Of a stretch of DNA of 64,000 bases, positions 57,080-64,000 are shown one piece after another. Under the pieces are notes generated by a model, which worked only from the letters and a program-made list of their open reading frames with translations, searched no databases and was not told where the DNA came from. Positions within the stretch are counted from its first letter, which is position 1, and each line of letters opens with the position of its first letter. The stretch spans positions 6,818 through 70,817 of the forward strand of contig JAZLFG010000023.1 in NCBI GenBank assembly GCA_045615685.1, read 5' to 3'. Position numbers and translations under genes: made by a program. Origin of the DNA: Faecousia sp. (GTDB lineage: Bacteria > Bacillota > Clostridia > Oscillospirales > Oscillospiraceae).

Positions 57080-58837
57080 ATGGGCATTTCCAATATCATC
57101 GCCCTGCTCAGTGGCGTCGCGCTGTTCTTATTCGGTATGACGCTGATGGGCGAGGGCCTAAAGAAGGTAGCTGGCAGTCACCTGGAGCTGGTGCTTTTCC
57201 GCCTGAGTAACACGCCTTTCAAAGGTCTTCTGCTTGGCACCGGCGTTACTGCCATCATTCAGTCCTCTTCCGCCACCTCTGTGATGGTCGTTGGCTTCGT
57301 CAACTCTGGCATGATGAAGGTACGGCAGGCCATCGGCATTGTGATGGGCGCCATTATCGGCACCAGCATCACCGGCTGGGTCATCTGCTTGAGCTATTTG
57401 GGTGGCGGCTCCGGCTGGGTAGAGCTGCTCTCCACCACAACCATCACCGGTGTGATCGCAGTGACGGGCATCATCCTGCGGATGTTTTGCAAAAAACCGG
57501 TGTATAACCACGTTGGCGACATTCTCATGGGCTTTTCCGTGCTGATGTTCGGGATGCAGGCCATGAGCGGTGCGGTCTCCCCTCTGCGGGAAAGCGAGGC
57601 CTTCATCCAGTTTTTGACGAAATTCTCCAATCCGGTGTTGGGCATTCTTGTGGGCGTTCTCTTCACAAGCATTTTGCAGAGCGCCTCTGCCGCCGTCGGT
57701 ATTCTCCAGGCTCTGTCTGTGACCGGTGCAATTGATTTCTCCGTTGCCCTGCCCATCATTATGGGCATTGCCATCGGTGCAGCGGTTCCGGTGCTGCTCT
57801 CTGCCTTGGGCGCAAATACTGCAGGCAAACGTACTGCACTGGTCTATCTGGTGGTAGAAGTCGCGGGCGTCATTCTCTGGGCCGCCATCTTCTATCTGGC
57901 CAACACATTTTTGCATTTCGCTTTCCTGAACATGACTATGAATCCCTTCAGCATTGCGCTTCTCAATACCCTCTTCCGCTTTGTCAAGGTTTTCCTGCTA
58001 CTGCCGACCATTGGTTTGATTGAAAAGCTCGTGGTCTTCCTCGTACCAGAAAAGTCCGACCGGACAAAGGTCGATGAGGCATTCACCCTCGAAGAGCGCT
58101 TCCTCCAACATCCTGCCATGGCAGTAGAACAAAGCCGTATCACCATTAACGCAATGGCCTCCGAGGCTCGCAATAATCTTGCTAACGCCTTCTCTCTGCT
58201 TGAGGGCTACTCTGACAGCGGCTATCAACTCGTGGATCAGTCGGAAACCCGGGTCGATCACTATGAGGATAGCCTCGGCACCTACTTGATCAAGCTGACT
58301 GCCAAGGAGCTGACACCCCAGCAGAACGAGAGTGTCTCCAAATATCTCCACACGCTGTCTGACTTTGAGCGTATTTCTGACCACGCAGTCAATATTGCGG
58401 ATACCGCTCGGGAGATTCATGAGAAATCCATTCGATTTTCTGATGACGCAAGGTCGGAGATTAAGGTTCTCATCGCAGCCGTACAGGAGATCATCGATCT
58501 GTCTGTGAGTGCATTCGTTCAGAATGATCTGCAGCTTGCCGGCCATGTGGAACCGCTGGAGGAGCGAATTGATGAGCTATGTCAAAAAATCAAGCTCAAC
58601 CATGTGGAGCGGCTGCAAAAGGGTCAGTGTACCCTATCCATGGGCTTTGTGCTCAACGACCTCCTGACAAATCTCGAACGTGTGGCCGACCACTGCTCCA
58701 ACATTGCCGTTGCTATTATTGAGCTGGAGGCGGACGCTTTTGACACCCACGCCTACCTGAAGCAGGCCCGGGAGCGCCGCTCTGGCAGCTTTGAGCGGTA
58801 CTATGAGGAATACCGCCAGCGTTTCTCTATTTCATAA
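57080..58837 (+). CDS. Na+/phosphate cotransporter family protein with C-terminal PhoU-like domain
   Basis: N-terminal NaPi-II repeats (GMTLMGEGL...TAIIQSSSATSVM; ILQSASAAVGI) and C-terminal PhoU-like helices (ERISDHAVNIA, ERVADHCSNIA). Confidence 0.9.
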   Translation: MGISNIIALLSGVALFLFGMTLMGEGLKKVAGSHLELVLFRLSNTPFKGLLLGTGVTAIIQSSSATSVMVVGFVNSGMMKVRQAIGIVMGAIIGTSITGWVICLSYLGGGSGWVELLSTTTITGVIAVTGIILRMFCKKPVYNHVGDILMGFSVLMFGMQAMSGAVSPLRESEAFIQFLTKFSNPVLGILVGVLFTSILQSASAAVGILQALSVTGAIDFSVALPIIMGIAIGAAVPVLLSALGANTAGKRTALVYLVVEVAGVILWAAIFYLANTFLHFAFLNMTMNPFSIALLNTLFRFVKVFLLLPTIGLIEKLVVFLVPEKSDRTKVDEAFTLEERFLQHPAMAVEQSRITINAMASEARNNLANAFSLLEGYSDSGYQLVDQSETRVDHYEDSLGTYLIKLTAKELTPQQNESVSKYLHTLSDFERISDHAVNIADTAREIHEKSIRFSDDARSEIKVLIAAVQEIIDLSVSAFVQNDLQLAGHVEPLEERIDELCQKIKLNHVERLQKGQCTLSMGFVLNDLLTNLERVADHCSNIAVAIIELEADAFDTHAYLKQARERRSGSFERYYEEYRQRFSIS

Positions 58838-58844
58838 GTATTCC

Positions 58845-58874
58845 GCAGGCCCCGGGCATATACCTAAGGCCTGC
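58845..58874 (+). terminator. Hairpin after the Na/Pi transporter gene
   Basis: GCAGGCC (58845-58851) / GGCCTGC (58868-58874) followed by GCTTTG. The T-tract is weak. Confidence 0.45.
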
Positions 58875-58891
58875 GCTTTGCCATAAAAATC

Positions 58892-58921
58892 CAGCGCATC
58901 GAACGAAGCTTCGACGCGCTG
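58892..58921 (-). terminator. Hairpin after the DUF378 gene
   Basis: CAGCGCATCGAA-CGAAGC-TTCGACGCGCTG forms a 12-bp stem with one mismatch. Confidence 0.5.
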
Positions 58922-58932
58922 TGGATCCCTGG

Positions 58933-59139
58933 TTAGTCTTCAACCGAGGCGTTCGCGCCCTTGCGGAAAAGCAAGGTGATGCACCACAGGCCCGCAAGAC
59001 CGACCAGTGTAAAAATCACACGGGACAGGCCGGCAGTCTGTCCGCCGAAAATCCAGGCGACCAGATCAAACTTGAAAATTCCTACCAGGCCCCAGTTGAC
59101 TGCGCCTACAATGGCAAGGATCAAAGCTAACGTATCCAT
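58933..59139 (-). CDS. DUF378 small membrane protein
   Basis: 68 aa starting MDTLALILAIVGAVNWGLVG.F.FDLVA..FG, the DUF378 signature. RBS GGAGGT. Confidence 0.85.
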   Translation of the reverse strand: MDTLALILAIVGAVNWGLVGIFKFDLVAWIFGGQTAGLSRVIFTLVGLAGLWCITLLFRKGANASVED

Positions 59140-59288
59140 TTGCTAACCTCCATTCCTGTGATTCTCGGCATTATTGTGCATCAAAGCGACACGCTTTATG
59201 CGAATGAAAAAATTTGAAAAAGCCCTATGAAATGACTGCTTAATCCAGTATAATGATCCCGATGTTTTTCTGAAAAGGGTGGTTTATT

Positions 59289-60533
59289 ATGAATTCTTTT
59301 TCCGCTGCCGATCTTCTTTTGCCCCAGGTGAACGCCTTAGAGAAATGGGCCGTCATTGCCTGTGATCAGTTTTCCTCCGACCCGGCCTATTGGGCCCAAG
59401 TGCGTGAAATCACCAGGGATGTGCCATCCGCCTTTCATCTGATCCTTCCGGAAGCAGAGCTTGGCACGGCTCAGGAGGAGGCTCACACCAAGCAGATTCA
59501 AAAAACGATGGAAAAATATCTCATAGAGGATATTTTTAAGCTTTATCCCCACAGCTATGTCTATGTGGAGCGCACGCTCGAAAATGGCACAATCCGAAAA
59601 GGACTTGTGGGCATGGTGGATCTGGAGGACTACGACTACTCCCCCGGTTCCGTCTCTCCGATCCGAGCCACAGAACGCACTGTGGTGGAGCGCATTCCAC
59701 CGAGACAGCGGGTGCGGCGAGATGCGCCCCTGGAGCTTCCCCATGTGCTGATGCTCTGCGATGACCAAGAGAAGCTTCTCATTGAGCCAATTTGTGCCAA
59801 AAAGGCACAACTCCCCAAGCTCTATGCATTTGACCTGATGCTGGGCGGTGGACATATCGAAGGCCGGCTCGTCAGTGGAACGGACGCCGATGCGTTTGAT
59901 CGCGTACTTGCCGATTACACCGCCAAGGTGGCAGAAAAATATGAGGATCTTAGCGGCGTCCCTATGGTGTTTGCTGTAGGCGACGGCAACCACTCCCTCG
60001 CCACCGCCAAATCCTGCTATGAGGAGCTCAAGGCAAAGTACCCCGATCAGGACCTTTCCAGACATCCGGCTCGCTATGCCCTTGTAGAGCTGGAAAATAT
60101 TCACGACGAGGCGCAAGTATTCGAGCCCATTCACCGCGTCGTATGCAAGACCGATCCGGAAAAGCTCCTGGCCGCATTGGAGCAGAACGCCTGTGCCGGG
60201 GGCGGCTTTCCGGTGAAGTGGTACATTGGTGAACGCTGCGGCACCATCTATCTGGATCGCGGCAAGAGTGAGCTGGCCGTGGGCGTACTCCAGAGCTTCC
60301 TGGACGCCTATTTACAGAAAAACGAAGGTATCATCGACTACATCCACGACGATGACGCCCTAGTGAAGCTTGCTCGCCAGGAAAATGCCATTGGCTTCCT
60401 GCTTCCTGCCATGGAAAAGAGCCAGCTCTTCCGTGGCGTCATTGCCGACGGTATTCTACCCCGCAAAACCTTCTCCATGGGCCACAGCCGGGAGAAACGC
60501 TATTATCTGGAAGGCAGATTGATCCGAGCATGA
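59289..60533 (+). CDS. DUF1015 domain protein
   Basis: 414 aa containing ...WAVIACDQFSS..., DGNHS and HRV, as in DUF1015. Confidence 0.8.
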   Translation: MNSFSAADLLLPQVNALEKWAVIACDQFSSDPAYWAQVREITRDVPSAFHLILPEAELGTAQEEAHTKQIQKTMEKYLIEDIFKLYPHSYVYVERTLENGTIRKGLVGMVDLEDYDYSPGSVSPIRATERTVVERIPPRQRVRRDAPLELPHVLMLCDDQEKLLIEPICAKKAQLPKLYAFDLMLGGGHIEGRLVSGTDADAFDRVLADYTAKVAEKYEDLSGVPMVFAVGDGNHSLATAKSCYEELKAKYPDQDLSRHPARYALVELENIHDEAQVFEPIHRVVCKTDPEKLLAALEQNACAGGGFPVKWYIGERCGTIYLDRGKSELAVGVLQSFLDAYLQKNEGIIDYIHDDDALVKLARQENAIGFLLPAMEKSQLFRGVIADGILPRKTFSMGHSREKRYYLEGRLIRA

Positions 60534-61387
60534 AAGCATGTACCGTTTTTGCCTGGGCCAAGCTCAACCTAACGCTGAATATTCTTGGTCTGCGGACAGA
60601 TGGCTATCACGCGCTGGATATGCTGATGCAGGCAATCTCCCTCCGGGATGAGGTGTGCATTGTCCAGGGCACCGGCACACCCTGGCAGCTTTCCTGCACC
60701 GAGCCGGAGATTCCTCAGGACGAGCGGAATCTTGCCTGGCGGGCTGCCAGCATCTTCTTCCGCTATACCGGCCTTTCGGATGGTGGACTGACGCTCCGCA
60801 TCACCAAGCACATTCCCAGCCAGGCGGGGCTTGCCGGTGGCAGCGCGGATGCTGCGGCTGTGCTGCGGGGGCTGAACGCGCAGAATGGCAATCCTTTGTC
60901 CAAGGAGGAATTGCTGGCTTTGGCCGTGCAGATTGGCAGTGATGTGCCCTTTTGTGTGCTGGGCGGTACCGCCCGGGCGAAGGGTCGGGGCGAGGTGCTA
61001 CAGCCGATATCACTTACGACTCGGCAGCACTATGTGATCTGCAAGCCGCCCTTCGGCATCTCTACTCCAAAGCTTTTTACCCTATCCGATCAACACCCCA
61101 GCTCCCTCCGACCAAACCCGGAGGCACTTTTGGCGTGCCTGCAAAAGGATGATGTTCCGGGGGCAGGAGGGCTCCTTTGCAATGTGCTCGAACCGGTGGC
61201 GGCACTGGAGCATCCGGAAATTTTAAGAATCAAGGATGCGCTTTTGGCTTCTGGCGCCTATGGCGCCCAGATGACAGGCTCCGGTTCCGCCGTATTCGGC
61301 CTGTTCCCAGGTGAGGCAGAAGCAAAGAAGGCAGTGAAAACGCTAAAATCCAGGGATTTTGCCACATTCTACGCACACAGCGTATAA
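60530..61387 (+). CDS. ispE: 4-diphosphocytidyl-2-C-methyl-D-erythritol kinase
   Basis: Starts AWAKLNLTLNILG.R.DGYH and has the GHMP kinase motif PSQAGLAGGSADAAA. ATGA overlap with DUF1015. Confidence 0.93.
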   Translation: MKACTVFAWAKLNLTLNILGLRTDGYHALDMLMQAISLRDEVCIVQGTGTPWQLSCTEPEIPQDERNLAWRAASIFFRYTGLSDGGLTLRITKHIPSQAGLAGGSADAAAVLRGLNAQNGNPLSKEELLALAVQIGSDVPFCVLGGTARAKGRGEVLQPISLTTRQHYVICKPPFGISTPKLFTLSDQHPSSLRPNPEALLACLQKDDVPGAGGLLCNVLEPVAALEHPEILRIKDALLASGAYGAQMTGSGSAVFGLFPGEAEAKKAVKTLKSRDFATFYAHSV

Positions 61388-61402
61388 ACTTCGAAAAAAA
61401 TG

Positions 61403-61442
61403 TCCATCCTTCCAGAAAAAGCCGGAAGGATGGACGAATTTT
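61403..61442 (+). terminator. Hairpin plus short T-tract after ispE; its 3' arm contains the spoIIR RBS
   Basis: TCCATCCTTCC (61403-61413) / GGAAGGATGGA (61424-61434) forms a perfect 11-bp stem, followed by CGAATTTT and the ATG at 61443. Confidence 0.5.
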
Positions 61443-62039
61443 ATGAAAAAACGATTGCTTTTTGCAGGCACGACGCTGCTTTTGGTGGGCATCATCGGAT
61501 GTAGTGTGCTCTGTGCCCAGCAGCGCACTCTGGCAGACAAGCTCATCCGTTTTCATGTGGTGGCAGACTCAGACAGTGCAGAGGCGCAAGCCCTGAAGCT
61601 TACGGTGCGCGATGCTCTCCTAGAGGAGCTGGAACCCTTCTGCCTGAAGGCCGAAAGCCGCGACGAAATGCTGAATTTATTGAAAGAAGCTCTACCGGAG
61701 CTGAAGGAAAAGGCTGAGAAGACCCTGCGCCAGCTCGGCTGTAATGACAGCGTGGAAGTGAGCCTCAAGCCGGAACGCTTCCCTACCCGCTTTTATGACA
61801 CCTTTACGCTGCCGGCAGGCAAATATATGTCGCTTCTGGTACGCCTTGGCAGCGGGCAGGGGCATAACTGGTGGTGCGTCTGCTTTCCATCGCTGTGCAG
61901 CTCCGCTTGTACCGAGGATTTGGAGGCTATTGCCACCAGTGCCGGGTTCACGGATGAAGAAATCGAGTGGATCACCGACAGCGACCACTATGTGCTGCGC
62001 TTTAAGCTTTTGGAATGGCTGGCGGCACTGAAGGACTAA
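61443..62039 (+). CDS. spoIIR: Stage II sporulation protein R
   Basis: Signal/TM start MKKRLLFAGTTLLLVG, then IRFHVVADSDS..AQALKL.VRD and GHNWWCVCFPSLC; close match to the SpoIIR signature. The ORF-track start at 61359 is rejected. Confidence 0.88.
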   Translation: MKKRLLFAGTTLLLVGIIGCSVLCAQQRTLADKLIRFHVVADSDSAEAQALKLTVRDALLEELEPFCLKAESRDEMLNLLKEALPELKEKAEKTLRQLGCNDSVEVSLKPERFPTRFYDTFTLPAGKYMSLLVRLGSGQGHNWWCVCFPSLCSSACTEDLEAIATSAGFTDEEIEWITDSDHYVLRFKLLEWLAALKD

Positions 62040-62542
62040 TCTGCCATGTGAATTGTCAGCCGCAGAAGCTTAATGATCTGTGAGGCGTCCTTCTGGAGCA
62101 CATAGCCAAACTCGCTGACGAGCAGCTCCTCCGCCTGCTTCCAGTAGCGCATATCCGTGACACTAAGGGATTTTTTGCTGCTGGACAGCGCAAGCTGCTT
62201 GCAGTAAATGGTCTTATAGAGCTGGAGCACCTTCGCACAGTCGTGGGAGTGGAGAATCTCCTGATAATAGGCAGTTACCATCCTGGGATCCGCCGGAAGA
62301 TCGCTGCACAGGGGCATCGAAGGCAAATCGGACAGGAGTGCCTCAATTTGCGCCCGGCTGATCGGCTGGCGCATATATACATTGGCGTCTACCGGTATGT
62401 AGATCGCTCCGGATTTTCCATAGGGAACCAGGGTATAATAGAGCTTATCCCGCCGGACACCGGAAATCTTTGGCAGTCCGATGCTCTCCACGCAGCATAC
62501 GCCCTCAAACCCATACACCAGATATTCTCCCACCTGATACAT
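62036..62542 (-). CDS. CarD_CdnL_TRCF-family transcription factor-like protein
   Basis: The N-terminal MYQVGEYLVYGFEGVCCVESI...YYTL is a Tudor-like RNAP-interacting domain pattern. RBS GGGAGGTG. Confidence 0.75.
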   Translation of the reverse strand: MYQVGEYLVYGFEGVCCVESIGLPKISGVRRDKLYYTLVPYGKSGAIYIPVDANVYMRQPISRAQIEALLSDLPSMPLCSDLPADPRMVTAYYQEILHSHDCAKVLQLYKTIYCKQLALSSSKKSLSVTDMRYWKQAEELLVSEFGYVLQKDASQIIKLLRLTIHMAD

Positions 62543-62577
62543 AGGGCACCTCCCATCAAAATCACAGCTTCTGTCAT

Positions 62578-62591
62578 TATATATATATATA
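62578..62591. repeat. (TA)7 dinucleotide repeat in the carD-like promoter region
   Basis: TATATATATATATA was read directly. It overlaps a TATAAT (minus strand, 62581-62576) 34 nt upstream of the ATG. Confidence 0.9.
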
Positions 62592-62638
62592 ATAACAGAT
62601 GTTCTCTAAAATTTCTAATGATTTTTTCAAAAAACCAT

Positions 62639-63082
62639 TTATTTTCTTCCGGTTGAACCAAATCCGCCGCTTCCCCGCTGGGTTTCGGAAAGGGAAGAAA
62701 CCTGCCGGAATTCCACCTGAGGGCAGGCGGCGATTACAAGCTGGGCAATACGTTCGCCGGGCTCTATATGCTGGGGCTCCTGAGAGTGGTTGTAGAGCGC
62801 CACAAGGATTTCTCCCCGATAGTCCGCGTCGATTACGCCGACCTTGTTGGCAGGGGCCAGCCCCCGCTTGCTGGCAAGGCCGCTTCGGGCATAGATCAGG
62901 CCCGCAAAGCCCTCCGGCAGCGCCATAGACAGTCCAGTAGGGATCAATACCGTCTTCCCCGGCGCAATGGTGACAGCCTCCGGCAGGCAAGCGCATAGAT
63001 CCGCGCCTGCAGCCTGCAAAGAGGCATAGGCAGGAAGGGTTGCCCCCTCGCGCAAAACATGAATGGAAATTTGCTGCTTCAT
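62639..63082 (-). CDS. dut: dUTP diphosphatase
   Basis: Contains AGADL, RSGLA, GVIDADYRGE and a C-terminal RGSGGFGSTG; trimeric dUTPase motifs 1-5. Confidence 0.95.
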   Translation of the reverse strand: MKQQISIHVLREGATLPAYASLQAAGADLCACLPEAVTIAPGKTVLIPTGLSMALPEGFAGLIYARSGLASKRGLAPANKVGVIDADYRGEILVALYNHSQEPQHIEPGERIAQLVIAACPQVEFRQVSSLSETQRGSGGFGSTGRK

Positions 63083-63223
63083 ATTTCATATCCTTTCTGC
63101 GATTCACCCATAGGCAAGCGCACCATACCGGTTTCATTTCTTAAATGATTGCCGGAGCAATCATCTCCTGCTTGCTATTGTGTAAATTATAGCACAAATC
63201 CTGAAAAACGCCAAGGCTTCTGC

Positions 63224-63252
63224 TTGAAAAGTCACAGGAAATTCGCTATACT
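63224..63252 (+). promoter_or_regulatory. Near-consensus sigma-A promoter of the TIGR04255-like gene
   Basis: TTGAAA (63224-63229), exactly 17 nt, then TATACT (63247-63252). RBS AAAGGA at 63278-63283. Confidence 0.55.
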
Positions 63253-63293
63253 ATTCACAAGCTATCATGATACAAGCGAAAGGATGTGCCGTC

Positions 63294-64000
63294 GTGTTTT
63301 CTGATGTCGAACGCTGCTATTATGGCAGGCACCAGCTGATTGAGGTGATTTGCCAGCTTCGCTTTCCCACCATCCTGAAAATTGAGAATCAACCTCCCTA
63401 TGAGCTGCAGGAGCGAATCCGCGGGGAGTATCCCAACTATTCCATGAAGGAGGAGCACCTTCCCGTCCAAAACGGCCGCCCCCAGGAGACGGTCAAAAAC
63501 TACCAGTTTATCTCCCTTGATAACGGCTGGAAGGTTAACCTCACCCGGGACTTCATTTCCCTTGCCTCCCACCGCTATACCCGCTGGGAGGACTTTGCCA
63601 AGCGATTAGACCGCATCCTGGTGCATTTGATTGAGGTTTACCAACCCGCCTGCTTTTCCCGTGTGGGACTTCGCTACATCAACGCCTTCAATCCCAAAGC
63701 GCTGGAGCTGACGGATACGCCCTGGCGGGAGCTGCTTCAGCCTGCCTATCTTGGCTTAATCGCGGAGCAGGACGTTTCGGAAAAGGTCTTCGGCAAGTGT
63801 GAACAGACGGTGTCCCTTTCCCTCCCCGGCGGCAGCCGCAGCAACATTAAGTGCTGTCTGGGTACTTTCCGCAAGGTGGACAACAAAACCCGAGCTGTCA
63901 GCACTGAGCCGGTGTACATGCTGGATATCGACGTGTATATGGACGGGAATGTAGACCTGAAAAATGTCGCTCCGGCGCTGAATATCGTCCATAGCAACGC
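63294..64000 (+). CDS. TIGR04255-like hypothetical protein, 5' part (runs off the window)
   Basis: An open frame not in the ORF track because it has no stop: (M)FSDVERCYYGRHQLIEVICQLRFP...FSRVGLRYINAF... These match my recollection of TIGR04255 hallmarks (Y..npl.Ev..e.rF; GLRYIN). GTG 63294 is preferred; ATG 63267 is the alternative. Confidence 0.65.
   Translation, partial: MFSDVERCYYGRHQLIEVICQLRFPTILKIENQPPYELQERIRGEYPNYSMKEEHLPVQNGRPQETVKNYQFISLDNGWKVNLTRDFISLASHRYTRWEDFAKRLDRILVHLIEVYQPACFSRVGLRYINAFNPKALELTDTPWRELLQPAYLGLIAEQDVSEKVFGKCEQTVSLSLPGGSRSNIKCCLGTFRKVDNKTRAVSTEPVYMLDIDVYMDGNVDLKNVAPALNIVHSN

Noticed and set aside
1-64000. CRISPR arrays, transposases or IS ends, restriction-modification, toxin-antitoxin or other defence modules, rRNA genes
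   Set aside because: Reading both strands, I found no regularly spaced direct repeats, no terminal inverted repeats flanking ORFs, and no proteins with these signatures. The only repeats are the short ones reported above.

Overview
This 64-kb window reads as ordinary core chromosome from a GC-rich, endospore-forming member of the Clostridia. An Oscillospiraceae/Ruminococcaceae-like origin is inferred only from gene content (spoIIR, SpoVD-type PBP, NfnAB, SLH-anchored enzyme, fused large PurL), not from any search. I call about 60 protein genes and 5 tRNAs. In order they are: purH (3' tip)-purD-purL-IMPDH-family; a clpC-like ATPase; ferredoxin, a tRNA methyltransferase and rsmI; a his operon yerC/hisR-like-hisZ-G-D-C-H-A-F-IE-hisK with no hisB; pfkA; xerD; membrane protein-yajC-tgt-queA; dapA; an SLH-anchored X-Pro dipeptidyl-peptidase; DUF1934-ddl; an orphan acidic protein; a tRNA operon Val-Asp-Phe-Gly-Cys; hslO-methyltransferase-second yerC-like gene; and the dcw cluster mraZ-rsmH-ftsL-PBP-murE-murF-mraY-ftsW-murG-murA-ftsQ-ftsZ. 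After that come a CBS protein, nfnAB, gluQ, a 2-hydroxyacid dehydrogenase and an LCP protein; DUF362; a Cys-rich orphan; a Na/Pi-PhoU transporter; DUF378; DUF1015-ispE-spoIIR; a carD-like gene and dut; and the 5' part of a TIGR04255-like gene running off the window. I found no CRISPR array, transposase, phage module or recognisable toxin/defence gene set, and no convincing novel multi-gene system. The unusual signals are small and mostly cis-acting: (1) three tandem copies of the dif XerD-arm motif just upstream of xerD, inside a possible divergent terminator-ended transcript; (2) the same TTTAG-N4-CTAA(A/T) palindrome filling the promoter spacer of both YerC/HisR-like paralogs; (3) an AT-rich queA-tgt spacer with two overlapping mini-ORFs; (4) a Cys-rich orphan with a sigma-K-like promoter; (5) an orphan acidic gene beside the tRNA cluster; (6) a strongly promoted TIGR04255-like gene at the right edge that could begin an accessory region. 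All coordinates and motifs were read by eye. No searches or folding programs were run.
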